Source: Candidatus Omnitrophota bacterium (GTDB lineage Bacteria; Omnitrophota; Gorgyraeia; Zapsychrales; Fredricksoniimonadaceae). From it: DNA of 64,000 bases. Within the stretch, counting starts at the first letter, position 1. The number at the start of each line of letters is the position of its first letter. The stretch lies in the NCBI GenBank assembly GCA_903901225.1, contig CAIUQE010000006.1, positions 15,369 through 79,368 of the forward strand, in the 5' to 3' direction. The notes beneath the pieces were generated by a model, which had not been told where the DNA came from, did not search any database, and worked only from the letters and a program-made list of their open reading frames with translations. This document shows, piece by piece, positions 60,129 through 64,000 of the stretch. A program made the translations under genes and the position numbers.

Positions 60129-60737
60129 TCAAGCCCTGTAACCGTGGAACGGGACAGAACCCAGGCCCGGCGCGTCATCCTCGTCGTTGCTCCGGCCCTT
60201 ACGGAGGGCATCGGTGGCTATCTTGACAACATGGACGCTGATATTGACCTGTTCGTCAGCGCCAATGACATCCTGGATCTTACGCTTGATGATGCTCTGC
60301 AATTCCGCGGTCATTTCAGGGATGTTCACGTCCGAACGAAGAACAAGGCGCATGTCCACGTCCAGGCCGTTCTTTGTTGAGGCGATCGTCGGGCGGATCT
60401 CCTTGATCTGCGGCGTGTGGACCACGACACGGCGGATAAGGTCTTCGATGGCGGCAAGCGAGATCGTGACCCGGCCGAGCGGGTTCTCGAAATGGATCAG
60501 GCGTTCCTGCTGCTGGCGCCCGAAAATGATGCGCGCCAGGACAAGGCTTGTCAGCATGATAGCCGCGATGACAACAGCGGTCAGCATGCCCGCTTTCCCG
60601 TCAACGTAGATGAATTTCAAAAGGCTCAGGTACTGGTTGAAATCAACGGCATGGGCCAGGACGAGGAGCGCGGTGACCCCCACCAGCGTGATAACAAACA
60701 CATAAAAGAATATCGCCAGCCGGATAAAAAAATTCAT
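60129..60737 (-). CDS. Membrane-anchored Asp23/Gls24-family protein
   Basis: Two N-terminal TM helices, then an Asp23-like domain (GRVTISLAAIEDLIRRVV...). Confidence 0.65.
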   Translation of the reverse strand: MNFFIRLAIFFYVFVITLVGVTALLVLAHAVDFNQYLSLLKFIYVDGKAGMLTAVVIAAIMLTSLVLARIIFGRQQQERLIHFENPLGRVTISLAAIEDLIRRVVVHTPQIKEIRPTIASTKNGLDVDMRLVLRSDVNIPEMTAELQSIIKRKIQDVIGADEQVNISVHVVKIATDALRKGRSNDEDDAPGLGSVPFHGYRA

Positions 60738-60740
60738 GGG

Positions 60741-61091
60741 TCAACCCCTTTCAATGCCCTGGATGCTCACATCCACATCTTTCAGATTTATGTCCGCCAT
60801 CTTCTCGACAGCGGTCATCACCACATCCTGGACCCGGCGGGAAACATCCGCGAGGTTGAGCCCGTAACGCACAAGGACCTTCACAACGACACTGACCTGA
60901 CCGGCCGCGTCAAGCCTGACATCGACCGCCGAATTCTTGCGTCCGCCGAAGATGGCGCAAATATCTTCAAGAGGGACGTTGCGCGCCATGGCAACACCAT
61001 CGACCTCAAGGACTGCGGCCACGCAAATATCGGCGATCACGCGCTTGTGCACCTGGATGATGCCCAGATCGATCTTGTTTTCAGGTCTCAT
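60741..61091 (-). CDS. Asp23/Gls24-family (alkaline shock protein-like) protein
   Basis: GKIDLGIIQVHKRVIADICVAAVLEVDGV... core. The start is probably MRPENK at 61091; the track ORF extends to 61127 and overlaps accC. Confidence 0.7.
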   Translation of the reverse strand: MRPENKIDLGIIQVHKRVIADICVAAVLEVDGVAMARNVPLEDICAIFGGRKNSAVDVRLDAAGQVSVVVKVLVRYGLNLADVSRRVQDVVMTAVEKMADINLKDVDVSIQGIERG

Positions 61092-61098
61092 GGCGGCG

Positions 61099-62448
<1,350 letters not shown>

Positions 62449-62470
62449 AAGAAGTCTCTTGGTTTCTAAA

Positions 62471-62917
62471 TCACTTCGCCGGATCGACGCGGAACAGGAC
62501 CTGGCCGAATTCCACCGGTTCAGTATTGTCCACGCAGATCTCCACCACTTTGCCGCGGACCTCTGACTTGATCTCGTTCATGAGCTTCATGGCCTCAACG
62601 ATACAGACCACCTGCCCTACCTCGACCGTCTGGCCGATCTCAACGAACGGCGCCGCTTCCGGCGAAGGCGCGCGGTAGAACGTGCCCACCATCGGGGATT
62701 TGACATCTTTGGTCGTACTGGCCGCGGCCGGCTGCGCGGGGGCAGGTTCCGCCGCCCTCGCGGTCGCGACGGGAATGGCGGGGATCGAGTACACTGAAGG
62801 CGCAGGCTCCACGGCCTTCTTCAGTTTGATCACCGTCCCGTCGTGCTCAAGCTCAAGTTCGGCCAGCCCGTGCTCGTTCATCAGGTCGATCATCTCTTTG
62901 ACTTCTTTTAAATTCAT
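62471..62917 (-). CDS. accB: Biotin carboxyl carrier protein
   Basis: EAMKLMN biotinylation motif and an Ala/Pro-rich linker. Confidence 0.9.
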   Translation of the reverse strand: MNLKEVKEMIDLMNEHGLAELELEHDGTVIKLKKAVEPAPSVYSIPAIPVATARAAEPAPAQPAAASTTKDVKSPMVGTFYRAPSPEAAPFVEIGQTVEVGQVVCIVEAMKLMNEIKSEVRGKVVEICVDNTEPVEFGQVLFRVDPAK

Positions 62918-63483
62918 CGTTTCACCCTTTCGACGTATTCCCCGTTGCGCGTGTCGATCTTGATATCCTCATCGACATTCACGAACAACGGAACGAGGAC
63001 AGTTGCGCCCGTCTCGATCGTGGCAGGCTTGGTGTTGGACTTCGTTGAATCTCCCTTGACCCCGGGCTCGGTACTGACGATCCTGGTAACAATGAAATTC
63101 GGCATCGCTACCTTGAGGACCTTGTCCTGATAGACGAAACCGCTGATCTCCATGTTATCCATCAGGAATTTTACCACATTCTCACCCAATTCGTCCCTGG
63201 AAACCCGTTGTTCTTCAAACGTGGTCTGGTCCATGAAATGGTACATGCCATCCGCGTTATACAGGTACTGCAACCGGCGCTCTTCCAGCGGGATATCTTC
63301 GAGTGTCTCCGCGGAACGGTAGGTCCGTTCAACCGTATTACCGCTCTTAAGGTAACGCAGCCTGATGCGGACGAACGCGCTCCCCTTGCCCGGCTTCACA
63401 TGGCTGAAATCCACGATGGTACATATTTCGCCATCGACTTTCAGGGCCATCCCTTTTTCAACTTCATTGATCGTGATTGACAC
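62914..63483 (-). CDS. efp: Elongation factor P
   Basis: 189 aa. KPGKGSAFVRIRL with the conserved Lys loop. Confidence 0.92.
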   Translation of the reverse strand: MSITINEVEKGMALKVDGEICTIVDFSHVKPGKGSAFVRIRLRYLKSGNTVERTYRSAETLEDIPLEERRLQYLYNADGMYHFMDQTTFEEQRVSRDELGENVVKFLMDNMEISGFVYQDKVLKVAMPNFIVTRIVSTEPGVKGDSTKSNTKPATIETGATVLVPLFVNVDEDIKIDTRNGEYVERVKR

Positions 63484-64000
63484 TTAAGACCTCACATCCT
63501 TTTTTAGTGACAAGGACCATTTCTTCCAAACGGATCCCGTATTCTCCGGGAAAATAAACACCCGGCTCCACCGTAAAAACCATATTTTCCGCGAGGACCA
63601 CCTCATTGCTGAAGGAGATCCTTGGCGCTTCATGCACTTCAAGCCCTACGCCATGCCCCAGCGAGTGAGAGAACTTTTCCGCCAGGCCATGTTTTTTCAA
63701 ATGATCCCGCGCGGCGGCATCTACTTCTTTAGCCTTCACCCCCGGCCGGATCACTTTAAATGCTTCATGCTGGGCATCCCGGACAATGGCCAGGTTATTT
63801 CTGAATGAGGGCGGCATTTTACCCAAAAAAAACATGCGTGTCAAGTCAGACTTGTAACCTTTCCAATCCATCCCTAAGTCTATGAGAACAGGCTCGTTAT
63901 GACGCAAGCGACGATCTGTTACCCGCGCGTGCGGATACGATGAATTTGGGCCCGAAGCAATGATCGGATCAAAAGAAAAAGCAATGCCCTTCGCACGGAT
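63464..64000 (-). CDS. M24-family Xaa-Pro aminopeptidase, N-terminal part lies beyond the window end
   Basis: C-terminal pita-bread fold motifs HGVGLEVHE and EPGVYF. The reading frame stays open up to the window edge. Confidence 0.75.
   Translation of the reverse strand: MRAKGIAFSFDPIIASGPNSSYPHARVTDRRLRHNEPVLIDLGMDWKGYKSDLTRMFFLGKMPPSFRNNLAIVRDAQHEAFKVIRPGVKAKEVDAAARDHLKKHGLAEKFSHSLGHGVGLEVHEAPRISFSNEVVLAENMVFTVEPGVYFPGEYGIRLEEMVLVTKKGCEVLSVNHDQ

Overview
This 64 kb window comes from a high-GC (about 60%) Gram-negative-type bacterial chromosome; it carries LPS heptose genes (gmhA, the rfaE adenylyltransferase domain) and lipoproteins. Almost all genes lie on the minus strand. The backbone is ordinary housekeeping: rsmE-hpf, recO, the ybeY-pgpH-phoH cluster, aspS-hisS-hup, dnaE, guaBA, groESL with two CIRCE-like operators, uvrB, aroB, thiE, accBC-efp and a tRNA-Gly(CCC).

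Four things do not fit that backbone.

1. A giant secreted protein gene runs from its start at 8640 down past position 1, more than 2880 codons, and continues beyond the window. It has a signal peptide, four tandem ~340-aa repeat units each ending in an NTHW(V/Q)FG motif, then Ig-like and Cna-B-like domains and a carboxypeptidase-regulatory-like domain, and a C-terminal tract of ~33-aa Thr/Gly-rich tandem repeats. The six-frame track misses it because no stop falls inside the window.

2. Three large paralogous envelope proteins are the best candidate for a previously undescribed system. They are at 12131-15148, 22371-25583 and 25764-28748. All three begin with a signal-peptide-like segment followed by the same unrecognised ~350-aa module. 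All three end with the same ~60-aa GGID(L/M)-containing module. Each carries a different carbohydrate-active core in between:
- an SLT lytic-transglycosylase domain;
- an (alpha/alpha)6-type glycoside-hydrolase-like domain plus a beta-sandwich;
- a processive GT2 synthase with a QRRRW motif and C-terminal transmembrane helices, like cellulose synthase or PgaC.
This suggests a synthase, hydrolase and peptidoglycan-lytic trio built on one scaffold. Two of the three sit in a lower-GC island.

3. A ~1.7 kb cassette at 28939-30647 is bounded by ~90 bp near-perfect terminal inverted repeats and carries only an AAA+ ATPase gene of the DUF4143 type. It lies between dnaE and the GT2-fusion gene.

4. 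There is a c-di-GMP-related cluster: two adjacent PilZ proteins, a GAF/HD-GYP phosphodiesterase, and an ExeA/MshM-like ATPase paired with a GspB-like protein.

Other features: a bacterial Hel308-type helicase, a GAD-domain-less AspRS, a CBS-less IMPDH, a VapBC pair, Asp23 proteins, and a DUF234 archaeal-type ATPase.

No CRISPR array or rRNA gene was seen. The many long plus-strand ORFs in the track are antisense artefacts of the GC-rich minus-strand genes.
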